Shown here in pieces: positions 21,403-30,951 of a stretch of DNA of 32,000 nt. Below the pieces are notes generated by a model. The model searched no databases. It had not been told where the DNA came from and saw only the letters and a program-made list of their open reading frames with translations. The stretch spans positions 30,001 through 62,000 of the forward strand of contig ACYB01000004.1 of NCBI GenBank assembly GCA_000175855.1, given 5' to 3'. The stretch is from Raphidiopsis brookii D9. Its GTDB lineage: Bacteria; Cyanobacteriota; Cyanobacteriia; Cyanobacteriales; Nostocaceae. The first letter of the stretch is position 1; each line of letters begins with the position of its first letter. The position numbers and the translations under genes are program-made.

Positions 21403-21567
21403 ACTCAACCAAGAGTGATTCGCGGGGGTATTTACCAATTTTTTAAATCAGGGGATCAAAAACAAGAAAATCCTTGTAGTGTGTTTTTAACACTTTATCA
21501 GGGATCTTGTCAGATATAACTTATTTTTCAATGTTTTGTTTTTTTCAATTCTCGGCAAATACTAGCA

Positions 21568-21873
21568 ATGATTGTTGAACTTTTAGAAAAACTTTTTGTT
21601 CGCACACCCGACACCAGTCGCAACCAGGTGAAGCGTCGACTACAAGTGGTTATCGCCCATGACCGCGCTAGCATAGACCCCCAAACCCTGGATAAAATGC
21701 GTCAGGAAATTCTGGAGGTTGTCTGTAAGTATGTAGAAATTGATACTAATGGCTCCGAGTTTTCTTTAGAAAGTGACCAACGTACCACTGCTTTGATCGC
21801 CAACTTGCCCATTCGAAGGATCAAGACGGTTACATCGGAATTGGCCATCAGTGATGGTTCTGCAGGGAGCTAG
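21568..21873 (+). CDS. minE: Cell division topological specificity factor MinE
   Basis: [56 protein letters not shown]. Confidence 0.96.
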   Translation: MIVELLEKLFVRTPDTSRNQVKRRLQVVIAHDRASIDPQTLDKMRQEILEVVCKYVEIDTNGSEFSLESDQRTTALIANLPIRRIKTVTSELAISDGSAGS

Positions 21874-21904
21874 TGGCCACCTGCAATTTGAGTGTCAACA
21901 CTTA

Positions 21905-22621
21905 CTACTTGGCAATCACTAGTTCCGTACTACCTTTTGACCGTTTCCGGGTTAAGGCATTGTAAACCATGATACCAATAGCCTTAATCAAATTCCCTTC
22001 CAATTCTTGGAACATTTTCATGTTGATACTAAAAGCTGCATTGGCTTCCTCTACAATGCGATCGCCTGTTTCATTATCAATGGGCATGGCGTCCAAATTT
22101 TGTCTATATTTAGTTTTAAATGACTTCTCATCGCTAATATCTGCAAATTCATAAAAACTAGTACCTTCACCTGCTGTGAGGTTCATTGCGGTTACGGCAA
22201 TGTTTTTGAGAATTTGTCCACCAGAAAGATCTCCTAAATAACGGGTGTAGGAGTGTGCAATTAATAATTCTGGTGCTGTGGCGGAAATTTCCCGAATACG
22301 TTTTACATAAGACTCACCAGCAGGAGATAATTGAATCTGCTCTCGCCAGTTATAACCATAATAATACGCTAAATCCTCTTCTAAACTGCGCTTGCGGTTT
22401 AGTTCAGGAAAATAAATCTTGCCTACAACCGGGTGGGTTTTGTGTTTTTCCATTTCCTCTTCCATTGCTGAGTAAATGAAATAAAAGTTAGCAACTAACT
22501 TGCGATATGAGTTTTTTTCTACAACTCCTTTGAGAAAACACTTGACAAAACCCACATTTTCTGCCATCGTATGTGCTTTTTTGGTTCCTACTCGTAACTG
22601 GGAGGCTAAATTGCTGCTCAT
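21905..22621 (-). CDS. ho1: Heme oxygenase (biliverdin-producing)
   Basis: MSSNLASQLRVGTKKAHTMAENVGFVKCFLKGVVEKNSYRKLVANFYFIYSAMEEEMEKH..ARY-type segment LIAHSYTRYLGDLSGGQILKNIA. Confidence 0.96.
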   Translation of the reverse strand: MSSNLASQLRVGTKKAHTMAENVGFVKCFLKGVVEKNSYRKLVANFYFIYSAMEEEMEKHKTHPVVGKIYFPELNRKRSLEEDLAYYYGYNWREQIQLSPAGESYVKRIREISATAPELLIAHSYTRYLGDLSGGQILKNIAVTAMNLTAGEGTSFYEFADISDEKSFKTKYRQNLDAMPIDNETGDRIVEEANAAFSINMKMFQELEGNLIKAIGIMVYNALTRKRSKGSTELVIAK

Positions 22622-22867
22622 GTTAAATTTCTCTACTTTAAAAAGTCAACTGTTGCGGTTTTTGCACCAATTTGTCAAAAATCCTACTAAAAAATTAGAT
22701 TAGAACTTTATGATGAGAATTTACATTAAAATTCATTAAGCTGGGAATGCGTAAAATATTTTATACTCAATACTCCGGGTGAGACAAAAAATTGTGGAAT
22801 AAATATTAACTTGTTATAGTGTAATCAAAATTCTGCTGATTTTTGGTGATGGTGTGGAGTGTTAAAA

Positions 22868-24313
22868 ATGGTTTCTTCTATGAATCGGACTCAAAGCTTG
22901 GTATCGAAAGAATTGGAAACGGAAAGTAGTTTTGCGTTGAACCTAATACCTTTACCTGCAACACCTTTATTTGGCACTGATGGTATTCGTGGCAAAGTGG
23001 GAGAGCTGTTGAGTGCACCTCTGGGTTTACAAATAGGTTTTTGGGCGGGTATGGTTCTGCGTGATCACGCTGTGGATGATGGACCAATTATTCTCGGTCA
23101 AGACTCTAGAAATTCCAGTGATATGCTGGCCATGGCTTTGAGTGCGGGTTTAACTGCAGCAGGTTTAGAAGTTTGGTACTTAGGTTTATGTCCTACTCCT
23201 TGTGTAGCTTATCTGACTAGCATGACCTCCGCCATTGGTGGGGTAATGATTTCTGCTAGCCATAATCCACCAGAAGACAATGGGATTAAGATTTTTGGAG
23301 CTGACGGCACAAAATTATCCAAGGAATTACAAGTTGCAATAGAATCGGGACTGCGTGGTAAAACTACACTTAGTAGTAGTGTTAAACAATGGGGTAAACA
23401 CTACCTAAGAACAGATTTAATCGGAAATTACGGCAAAGCGCTGCAACATCCGTTACAACATCAGGTGAATCTTTCGGGAATGAAGATAGTTCTGGATGTG
23501 GCGTGGGGAGCAGCTGTAGGACTGGCACCAACCATATTTACCCAGATGGGAGCCGATGTAATTTGTTTACATAACCAACCGGATGGCGATCGCATCAATG
23601 TGAATTGTGGGTCTACCCACTTGGACATTTTAGCGGATGCTGTAAAAGAATATGGAGCGCATATAGGATTTGCCTTTGATGGAGATGCGGATCGGGTATT
23701 GGCGGTGGATAATTTAGGTAGACAAGTTAATGGGGACTATATTTTGTACCTTTGGGGTTGTGAGTTGCAGGGGGAAGCAAAATTGCCAGACAACCTAATT
23801 ATTTCCACAGTCATGGCCAACCTAGGATTTGAAAGAGCGTGGGAACAGCAAGGTGGTAAATTAATTCGCACAGCGGTTGGTGACCAATATGTGCAAGCAG
23901 AAATGCTGAAAACAGGGGGAATGTTAGGGGGGGAGCAATCCGGACATATTCTTTGTCGTCATTATGGTATGACTGGAGATGGACTATTAACAGCATTGCA
24001 TTTAGCCTCCATAGTCAAAACAAGGGGACTGTCTCTAGCACAGATGATAGATGAGAGTTTTCAAACCTATCCCCAAGTCCTACAAAACGTCCGGGTGGAA
24101 GATAGGGAACAACGCTTGGGATGGGAAAAATGTCAACCTATACAACAGGCGATCGCTCTTGCTGAAGTAGCCATGGGAGATAGTGGTAGAATATTGGTAC
24201 GTGCATCTGGTACAGAACCGGTTATTAGAGTGATGGTGGAAGCTAAGGATAGGGAATTGGTTAATTACTGGACTAGAGAAATAGTTTCACAAGTGCAGAA
24301 GCATTTGGGTTAA
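22868..24313 (+). CDS. glmM: Phosphoglucosamine mutase
   Basis: [94 protein letters not shown] at 22868. Confidence 0.95.
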   Translation: MVSSMNRTQSLVSKELETESSFALNLIPLPATPLFGTDGIRGKVGELLSAPLGLQIGFWAGMVLRDHAVDDGPIILGQDSRNSSDMLAMALSAGLTAAGLEVWYLGLCPTPCVAYLTSMTSAIGGVMISASHNPPEDNGIKIFGADGTKLSKELQVAIESGLRGKTTLSSSVKQWGKHYLRTDLIGNYGKALQHPLQHQVNLSGMKIVLDVAWGAAVGLAPTIFTQMGADVICLHNQPDGDRINVNCGSTHLDILADAVKEYGAHIGFAFDGDADRVLAVDNLGRQVNGDYILYLWGCELQGEAKLPDNLIISTVMANLGFERAWEQQGGKLIRTAVGDQYVQAEMLKTGGMLGGEQSGHILCRHYGMTGDGLLTALHLASIVKTRGLSLAQMIDESFQTYPQVLQNVRVEDREQRLGWEKCQPIQQAIALAEVAMGDSGRILVRASGTEPVIRVMVEAKDRELVNYWTREIVSQVQKHLG

Positions 24314-24329
24314 GACCCTATTAATCTAA

Positions 24330-24352
24330 GGGGGTTTGGGACCTAAACCCCC
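24330..24352 (+). terminator. Strong stem-loop downstream of glmM, possible terminator
   Basis: GGGGGTTT(24330-24337) GGGACCT AAACCCCC(24345-24352), a perfect 8-bp stem 17 nt after the glmM stop. No T-tract follows. Confidence 0.45.
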
Positions 24353-24464
24353 CAGCAGTTTCAAAATAACTGGAAAATATCCGCAAGGTTGGGAACTAAT
24401 CTCAGATGAACAGGGTCAATGGGGAAAGATAGAATAGAAATTGATTTTATTGAGGCGAAAAACC

Positions 24465-24977
24465 ATGAGAGTTAGCACTAGAAAAATTTTTAGCTTTGGG
24501 TTGGTCAGTTTGTTAATGGTGGGGGGAATTTCCCCTGTTGCTTTTGCTGCTGAAAAAACCCCGTTAACCAAAACACCAGTCAATACAAATATTGCACAAG
24601 CCCAGAGACAAGTTAATCAAACTACACAAAAAAGAAACTCACTTCAAAGGTTTAATTTGACCTCGGAGCAACAAGCTAAAATACGAGATATCCGTCGTGA
24701 TACCTATAGTAAAATTGAGAGTATTCTTACACCAGAACAAAAGACTAAATTCCAAGCAGCAGTGAAACAACGTGAGACGGAATATAGCAACCCTGGTGGG
24801 TCAAAACGTGGTCGGGGGCTTAATGTTTTGCGTTCTTTGGGTTTAACTGATGAACAAAAAAATCAAATTCGCGAAATCAGATCATCATCTAGACAACAAA
24901 TGCAGTCCATATTAACTCCTGAACAAAAAGCACAATGGCAGCAATTTCAACAAAGGAATCGTCGTCAATATAGGTAA
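24465..24977 (+). CDS. Secreted/periplasmic small protein with two LTxxQ (Spy/CpxP-like) repeats
   Basis: Signal peptide MRVSTRKIFSFGLVSLLMVGGISPVAFAA, then FNLTSEQQAKIRDIRRDTYSKIESILTPEQKTKF and LGLTDEQKNQIREIRSSSRQQMQSILTPEQKAQW. ATG at 24465. Confidence 0.75.
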   Translation: MRVSTRKIFSFGLVSLLMVGGISPVAFAAEKTPLTKTPVNTNIAQAQRQVNQTTQKRNSLQRFNLTSEQQAKIRDIRRDTYSKIESILTPEQKTKFQAAVKQRETEYSNPGGSKRGRGLNVLRSLGLTDEQKNQIREIRSSSRQQMQSILTPEQKAQWQQFQQRNRRQYR

Positions 24978-25044
24978 CAGGGAGATGGGGACATACCAAA
25001 TTGACTTACTTACTTTAAATTATAAAAAATTATAAAAATCGATT

Positions 25045-25842
25045 ATGAACCCATTCAATAGGGAGAAAATACAATTTTATTTGACAGATTTAACAACCCC
25101 AGTTGGGCAGATAATTAATTTCGTAATAGCATTATTAGTCTTGTTGTCATCAGCAATATTTGTAGTAGAAACCTATAATATTTCCCCTGATGCTCGCACG
25201 GAACTGAGCATCCTAAATACCTGTATATTAGCCATTTTTACTGGAGAGTACTTATTGCGTTTGTGGAGCGCAAAGCAAAAAAGCAAATATTTTTTTAGTG
25301 TTTATTCAATTATTGACTTGATGGCAATTATACCATACTTTATTGGGTTTGTGGATATTAGATTTATTCGATTATTGAGATGGTTAAGAATTTTAAGACT
25401 ACTGAGATTCATCGATAAAAAGTTCCTATTTTTTAGTATTAGTGAGGATAGTGTAATTTTTGCCCGCATATTATTTACTTTATTTGCCATTATTTTTGTG
25501 TATTCAGGTTTGATTTATCAGGTTGAACATCCTATTAACCCTGAACGGTTTAGCACCTTTTTAGATGCTTTTTATTTCTCGGTAGTCACTATGACAACTG
25601 TGGGATTCGGGGATGTGACACCTGTTTCTGAGTGGGGGCGCTTATTAACTGTGTTCATGATTTTAACCGGTGTGGCCTTGATTCCTTGGCAAGTGGGAGA
25701 TTTGATTAAAAGATTTTTAAAAACCTCTAATCAGGTAGAGAACACCTGTTCAAGTTGTGGTTTAGCTTTTCATGATGGCGACGCTCTATTTTGCAAAAGG
25801 TGTGGTGCAAAGTTACCGCAGGTTTCTCCCTCACCCCAGTAA
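25045..25842 (+). CDS. Small Kv-like potassium channel (ion transport domain) with a C-terminal zinc ribbon
   Basis: S4-like helix RFIRLLRWLRILRLLRFID, pore TMTTVGFGDVTP, and terminal CSSCGLAFHDGDALFCKRCG. Confidence 0.88.
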   Translation: MNPFNREKIQFYLTDLTTPVGQIINFVIALLVLLSSAIFVVETYNISPDARTELSILNTCILAIFTGEYLLRLWSAKQKSKYFFSVYSIIDLMAIIPYFIGFVDIRFIRLLRWLRILRLLRFIDKKFLFFSISEDSVIFARILFTLFAIIFVYSGLIYQVEHPINPERFSTFLDAFYFSVVTMTTVGFGDVTPVSEWGRLLTVFMILTGVALIPWQVGDLIKRFLKTSNQVENTCSSCGLAFHDGDALFCKRCGAKLPQVSPSPQ

Positions 25843-25848
25843 TGGTAA

Positions 25849-26739
25849 TCAGAGTCCTAATTTTTCCAAAACCGGTTTAGTGGAAACAATATGACGTTCC
25901 AAACCCAGTAATTGGGGACTAATTCCCAAACCCAGGGCAATTAATTGGGGTAAATGTAAAATAGGCAATTGCAGTTTTTTCGATATCACTTTTTCTATTT
26001 CCGGTTGACGAGAATCCAGGTTCAAATGACAAAGGGGACAAGGTGTCACAATACAATCCGCACCTTTGGATAGAGCTTCTTCAATGTGCATTCCTGCCAT
26101 CTTAAAAGACTCATTTGTTGCGTAGCTCGAAAGAGGCCAACCACAACATTGATTTCTACCACGATAATACACTGGGGTGGCACCTAAAACCCTAAATATG
26201 TTTTCCATTCCTTCAGGGTGGAATGGATCCTCATTAGGATGTTTTTCTGAACGCAGTAAATAACAACCATAAAACGCAGCACATTTAAGATTACTTAATT
26301 TACAAGTCAGACGCTGACCTATTTTCTCCAAACCGTAGTCTTGAATCAGAGCATATAAAATGTGTTTGACTTCTGTGTTACCCTGGTAGGGGGAACAGTT
26401 TTCTTTTGTTAATAGTCCATTAATTTGGTTTAAATAGACCGGATTATTTTCCTGACAGTGTTTAAGTCGTTCATTTACACGACCAATAACACCCTGGCAA
26501 GTGCTACAGTGGGTTAACAAGGGTAGGTTTAATTCTTCTGCTAAAGCTATATTGCGAGCATTAACAGTGTCCTCTAACAATTGGGAATCTTCCTTAAAGG
26601 TTCCTGACCCGCAGCAGGCGGCCTTTTTAATTTCTACCAGTTCAATTCCTAAAGATTGGGTCAGTGCACGAGTGGAAATATCCAACTCCCGACAAGCACC
26701 CTGAGCTACACAACCAGGATAGTAGGCGTATTTGAGCAT
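25849..26739 (-). CDS. HdrB-like CCG-domain protein (heterodisulfide reductase subunit B family)
   Basis: YAYYPGCVAQGACRELDISTRALTQSLGIELVEIKKAACCGSG, HCSTCQGVI, CAAFYGCYLLR, NQCCGWPLSSY, TPCPLCHLNLDSRQ. Confidence 0.87.
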   Translation of the reverse strand: MLKYAYYPGCVAQGACRELDISTRALTQSLGIELVEIKKAACCGSGTFKEDSQLLEDTVNARNIALAEELNLPLLTHCSTCQGVIGRVNERLKHCQENNPVYLNQINGLLTKENCSPYQGNTEVKHILYALIQDYGLEKIGQRLTCKLSNLKCAAFYGCYLLRSEKHPNEDPFHPEGMENIFRVLGATPVYYRGRNQCCGWPLSSYATNESFKMAGMHIEEALSKGADCIVTPCPLCHLNLDSRQPEIEKVISKKLQLPILHLPQLIALGLGISPQLLGLERHIVSTKPVLEKLGL

Positions 26740-26919
26740 GAGTGTAAGAGGCAATAAATAATTGGCGTCTCCCCACGGGATTGCCTTATGTGGGATTATA
26801 GCACATAGATAGTTGGAAAAATACTAGCTAGTTACCACCCTTTCCGATAAGATCTATATGCTCAGGACAAATTGTCCACAGTGAGCAGATCCAGCAAGAA
26901 GTTAAGGAATGTTTGTTAT

Positions 26920-27177
26920 ATGAGCGCGAATGAAATTTTTGATAAAGTGAAGAAAGTTGTGGCTACCCAACTCAGTGTTGATGCTGACAAAGTTGTCCCC
27001 GAGGCAAGTTTTGCCAATGACTTGCAGGCGGATTCCTTGGATACGGTGGAATTGGTAATGGCCCTGGAAGAGGAATTTAAGGTGGAAATTCCCGATGAAG
27101 CTGCTGAAAAAATTACTACGGTTCAGGAAGCGGTAGATTACATAAATAATCAAATTGCTGCTAAGCCCGCATCATAA
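26920..27177 (+). CDS. acpP: Acyl carrier protein
   Basis: [60 protein letters not shown], with the DSL phosphopantetheine site. Confidence 0.97.
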   Translation: MSANEIFDKVKKVVATQLSVDADKVVPEASFANDLQADSLDTVELVMALEEEFKVEIPDEAAEKITTVQEAVDYINNQIAAKPAS

Positions 27178-27334
27178 GTATTGTATGGGGTCTGGTTTTC
27201 ATGGACAGCTAATTAGCAGTTAATACCCATTAAAAACCGACCTGTTCTAATCATAAGTATGCTGGCTTGTAGATAGCCACCAAATACTTTTTAACTAAAA
27301 ATATCCGCTGCTTTTTGCCACCTTTAACTGAATC

Positions 27335-28582
27335 ATGACAGACTATAAACGTAAGCGCGTTGTTGTAACAGGTGTTGGCGCGATTACACCTATTGGTAAA
27401 ACACCCTGGGAATATTGGGAAGGACTCTTAGACGGAAGGAATGGGATAGACTACATCACAGCATTTGATCCGTCCAAGCATGACTGCCGAATCGCGGGAG
27501 AGGTGAAGAAATTTGACCCCTGTGATTACATGGAAAAGAAAGAAGCTAAACGTACAGACCGGTTTGCGCAATTTGGCATTGCGGCAGCCAAACAAGCTCT
27601 TTCGGACGCGCAATTAGTTATCAATGACCTCAATGCCGAACATATAGGTGTCATGATCGGTTCGGGCGTGGGGGGAATTAAGGTGTTGGAGGATCAGCAG
27701 ACTGTATACCTGAATAAAGGTCCAGATCGCTGTAGTCCATTTATGATCCCAATGATGATTGCTAATATGGCCGCAGGGTTAACAGCAATTCATACGGGTG
27801 CTAAAGGTCCTAATTCCTGTGCGGTTACCGCTTGTGCTGCTGGGTCTAATGCTATTGGTGATGCTTTTCGGATTATTCAAAATGGATATGCTCAAGCAAT
27901 GATTTGTGGGGGTACGGAGGCGGCAATTACTCCTCTTTCTGTGGCTGGATTTGCTGCTGCTAGGGCTTTATCTACTAAAAACGATCCTGAAACAGCCTGT
28001 CGTCCATTTGATCGGGACAGGGATGGGTTTGTCATGGGGGAAGGTTCAGGAATTCTAATTCTGGAAGAGTTAGAACATGCTTTGACTAGAGGGGCCCGAA
28101 TCTATGGGGAAATGGTGGGTTATGGCATGACCTGTGATGCTTATCATATTACCTCTCCCGTACCAGGTGGTTTGGGTGCTGCTAGGGCTATGGAATTGGC
28201 TATGAGAGATGGTCAACTAACACCAGCTATGATTAGTTATATCAATGCCCATGGTACTAGTACCCCAGCTAATGATGTCACAGAAACGGCGGCTATTAAA
28301 AAGGCTTTGGGTGATTATGCTTACAATATCCCAATTAGTTCCACTAAATCTATGACCGGTCATCTATTGGGTGGTTCGGGAGGAATCGAAGCTGTGGCTA
28401 CAATTCTGGCGATCGCCAATGATCATGTCCCCCCTACAATACACTTGGACAATCCAGATCCAGGTTGTGATTTAGATTATGTACCCCATAAAAGTCGTGA
28501 AGCAAGGGTAGAAGTGGCCCTATCTAACTCCTTTGGTTTTGGGGGTCATAATGTGACTATTGCTTTTAGGAAGTACCATTAG
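27335..28582 (+). CDS. fabF: Beta-ketoacyl-ACP synthase II
   Basis: KRVVVTGVGAITPIGKTPWEYWEGLLDGRNGID, AVTACAAGSNAIGDAFR, NAHGTSTPANDVTE, KSMTGHLLGGSGGIEAV, NSFGFGGHNV. Confidence 0.97.
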   Translation: MTDYKRKRVVVTGVGAITPIGKTPWEYWEGLLDGRNGIDYITAFDPSKHDCRIAGEVKKFDPCDYMEKKEAKRTDRFAQFGIAAAKQALSDAQLVINDLNAEHIGVMIGSGVGGIKVLEDQQTVYLNKGPDRCSPFMIPMMIANMAAGLTAIHTGAKGPNSCAVTACAAGSNAIGDAFRIIQNGYAQAMICGGTEAAITPLSVAGFAAARALSTKNDPETACRPFDRDRDGFVMGEGSGILILEELEHALTRGARIYGEMVGYGMTCDAYHITSPVPGGLGAARAMELAMRDGQLTPAMISYINAHGTSTPANDVTETAAIKKALGDYAYNIPISSTKSMTGHLLGGSGGIEAVATILAIANDHVPPTIHLDNPDPGCDLDYVPHKSREARVEVALSNSFGFGGHNVTIAFRKYH

Positions 28583-28797
28583 GTAATATGGGGGGAAAGT
28601 TAAGACTAACTCTATACTTACTCACCCCCCAAGGCCGTTTCATCTCCAAGAAGTACTAAAAACTCATCAGATCCCGCTTGTCCATCTACAGCCAAAATGG
28701 GATGATATAAGTGCTGGGATCATTAAATAATGTCCCCCAAGCAAAAAGCCAAGCTATCAAAAATTCCTCACCCATCCTTAAAAAACAAGAGATTATG

Positions 28798-30807
28798 GCT
28801 GTTGTAACCCAATCCCTCGAAGAACTTTGTATTAACTCAATTCGTTTCTTAGCTGTTGATGCTATAGAAAAATCTAAGTCTGGACACCCTGGACTCCCCA
28901 TGGGAGCTGCTCCTATGGCTTTTGTCCTGTGGGATAAGTTCATGCGCTATAACCCTAAAAATCCTCGCTGGTTTAATAGGGATCGTTTTGTCTTATCCGC
29001 TGGTCATGGTTGTATGTTGCAGTATGCTATGCTGTATCTTACAGGTTATGATAGCGTCACCATTGAGGATATTAAACAATTTCGTCAATGGGGTTCTAGA
29101 ACTCCTGGACACCCGGAAAATTTTGAAACATCTGGTGTAGAGGTAACTACTGGTCCTTTGGGTCAGGGAATTGCTAATGCGGTTGGTTTAGCTATGGCGG
29201 AAGCTCACCTAGCTGCTAAATTTAACAAACTTGGATCCACTATTGTAGACCATTACACTTATGTTATTCTTGGTGATGGATGTAATATGGAAGGTGTTTC
29301 CGGTGAGGCAGCTTCCCTAGCTGGTCACTACGGATTAGGTAAGCTAATTGCTCTCTATGACGATAACCATATCTCCATCGATGGCTCCACAGATGTTGCT
29401 TTTACCGAAGATGTATCCAAACGTTTTGAAGCTTATGGATGGCACGTCCTGCATGTGGAAAATGGTAATACGGACATAAATGCGATCGCATCAGCCCTAG
29501 AAGCAGCAAAAGCAGTTAAGGACAAACCAACCATGATTAAGGTAACAACTACCATTGGTTATGGTTCACCTAACAAGTCCAATACAGCGGGTGTTCATGG
29601 TGCGGCTTTGGGTGGTGATGAAGTAGCTTTAACCCGCAAAAATCTAGGTTGGGAATATGAACCTTTTGTGGTTCCCCAAGATGTAATTAGTCACCTAGGC
29701 AAAGCAGTGGGTCGTGGTGCTGATTATGAGAAGGAATGGAATAAGGCTTTTGCGGACTACAAGGCTAAATACCCCCAAGAAGCAGCAGAATTTGAACGTC
29801 TGCTCAGTGGTAAATTGCCCGATGGTTGGAATCAAGTTCTACCCACCTACACAGCAGCAGACAAAGCATTACCCACCCGGAAACATTCGGAAACCTGTCT
29901 GAATAAATTGGCTGGGGTTTTGCCAGAATTGATCGGTGGTTCTGCTGACCTCACCCACTCCAACCTAACGGAAATTAAGGGTGAAGGGGACTTCCAAAAG
30001 GGTCAATTCCAAAACCGTAATATTCACTTCGGGGTCAGAGAACATGCTATGGGTGCCATCTGTAATGGTATGGCTTTACATGGCTCAGGTTTAATTCCTT
30101 ATGGTGCGACCTTCCTAATTTTCACTGACTATATGCGGGCTGCTATTCGCTTGTCTGCTTTATCTGAAGCTGGAGTAATTTGGGTAATGACTCACGACTC
30201 CATTGGTCAGGGGGAAGATGGTCCAACCCACCAACCGATTGAAACCCTAGCTTCTCTGCGTGCGATTCCTAATTTGACAGTGATTCGTCCTGCTGATGGC
30301 AATGAATCTTCTGGAGCTTACACTGTAGCTATTACCAGAGCTAAACAAAATGCTCCTACCCTGTTGGCTTTCACGAGACAAAATGTTCCTAACTTAGCAG
30401 GTACATCCGTGGAGGGTGTGACTAAGGGTGGTTATATCATTCTAGATTCTCCAGGTACACCAGATATCATCCTGATTGGCACAGGTTCAGAATTAAGTCT
30501 CTGTGTAGGTGCTGCTGAAAAACTAACTGCTACAGGTAAGAAGGTGCGCGTAGTTTCTATGCCTTCTACAGACTTGTTTGAACAGCAAGATAGTTCCTAT
30601 AAAGAGTCGGTACTGCCAAAAGGGGTAACCAAGCGTCTAGCTGTAGAAGCTGGAAGCAGCTTTGGCTGGCACAAATATATTGGAATTGAAGGTGATGCTG
30701 TTAGTATTGACAGATTTGGTGCTTCTGCGCCAGGTGGCACTTGTCTGGAGAAATTTGGATTTACCGTTGACAACGTGGTAGCTAAAGCTCAAGCATTGTT
30801 GGGTTAG
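28798..30807 (+). CDS. tkt: Transketolase
   Basis: [108 protein letters not shown] at 28798 ([11 protein letters not shown]). Confidence 0.96.
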   Translation, partial: AVVTQSLEELCINSIRFLAVDAIEKSKSGHPGLPMGAAPMAFVLWDKFMRYNPKNPRWFNRDRFVLSAGHGCMLQYAMLYLTGYDSVTIEDIKQFRQWGSRTPGHPENFETSGVEVTTGPLGQGIANAVGLAMAEAHLAAKFNKLGSTIVDHYTYVILGDGCNMEGVSGEAASLAGHYGLGKLIALYDDNHISIDGSTDVAFTEDVSKRFEAYGWHVLHVENGNTDINAIASALEAAKAVKDKPTMIKVTTTIGYGSPNKSNTAGVHGAALGGDEVALTRKNLGWEYEPFVVPQDVISHLGKAVGRGADYEKEWNKAFADYKAKYPQEAAEFERLLSGKLPDGWNQVLPTYTAADKALPTRKHSETCLNKLAGVLPELIGGSADLTHSNLTEIKGEGDFQKGQFQNRNIHFGVREHAMGAICNGMALHGSGLIPYGATFLIFTDYMRAAIRLSALSEAGVIWVMTHDSIGQGEDGPTHQPIETLASLRAIPNLTVIRPADGNESSGAYTVAITRAKQNAPTLLAFTRQNVPNLAGTSVEGVTKGGYIILDSPGTPDIILIGTGSELSLCVGAAEKLTATGKKVRVVSMPSTDLFEQQDSSYKESVLPKGVTKRLAVEAGSSFGWHKYIGIEGDAVSIDRFGASAPGGTCLEKFGFTVDNVVAKAQALLG

Positions 30808-30836
30808 TCACCTGGCATATTTAATGGTTATATGCG

Positions 30837-30863
30837 GGGTAGGATTTTATTCCTACCCTTTTT
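30837..30863 (+). terminator. Rho-independent terminator of tkt
   Basis: GGGTAGGA(30837-30844) TTTTAT TCCTACCC(30851-30858), a perfect 8-bp stem followed by TTTTT. Confidence 0.88.
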
Positions 30864-30951
30864 CTTGGTAAGTTGTCAACCTGCAACAAATTAGACTACA
30901 CTAAAAGCAGTAAAAGATAAAGAAATATTAAAATCTGTTGTTAGTGCAATC

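Larger units (their letters stand above)
6458..29489. repeat. Dispersed HIP1 palindromes (GCGATCGC)
   Basis: Seen at 6458, 6729, 6883, 7615, 8351, 11517, 14091, 16365, 19826, 19972, 22061, 23586, 24149, 28409 and 29482 (start positions). Fewer than one is expected by chance in 32 kb. Confidence 0.9.

Noticed and set aside
28590-28637. Possible terminator after fabF (TGGGGGG...CCCCCCA)
   Set aside because: The stem is 6-7 bp but the loop is long (about 30 nt) and there is no T-tract, so it is not called as a terminator.
6458-29489. HIP1 GCGATCGC octamers as a novel repeat
   Set aside because: Over-represented here but a long-known feature of cyanobacterial genomes, so not novel.
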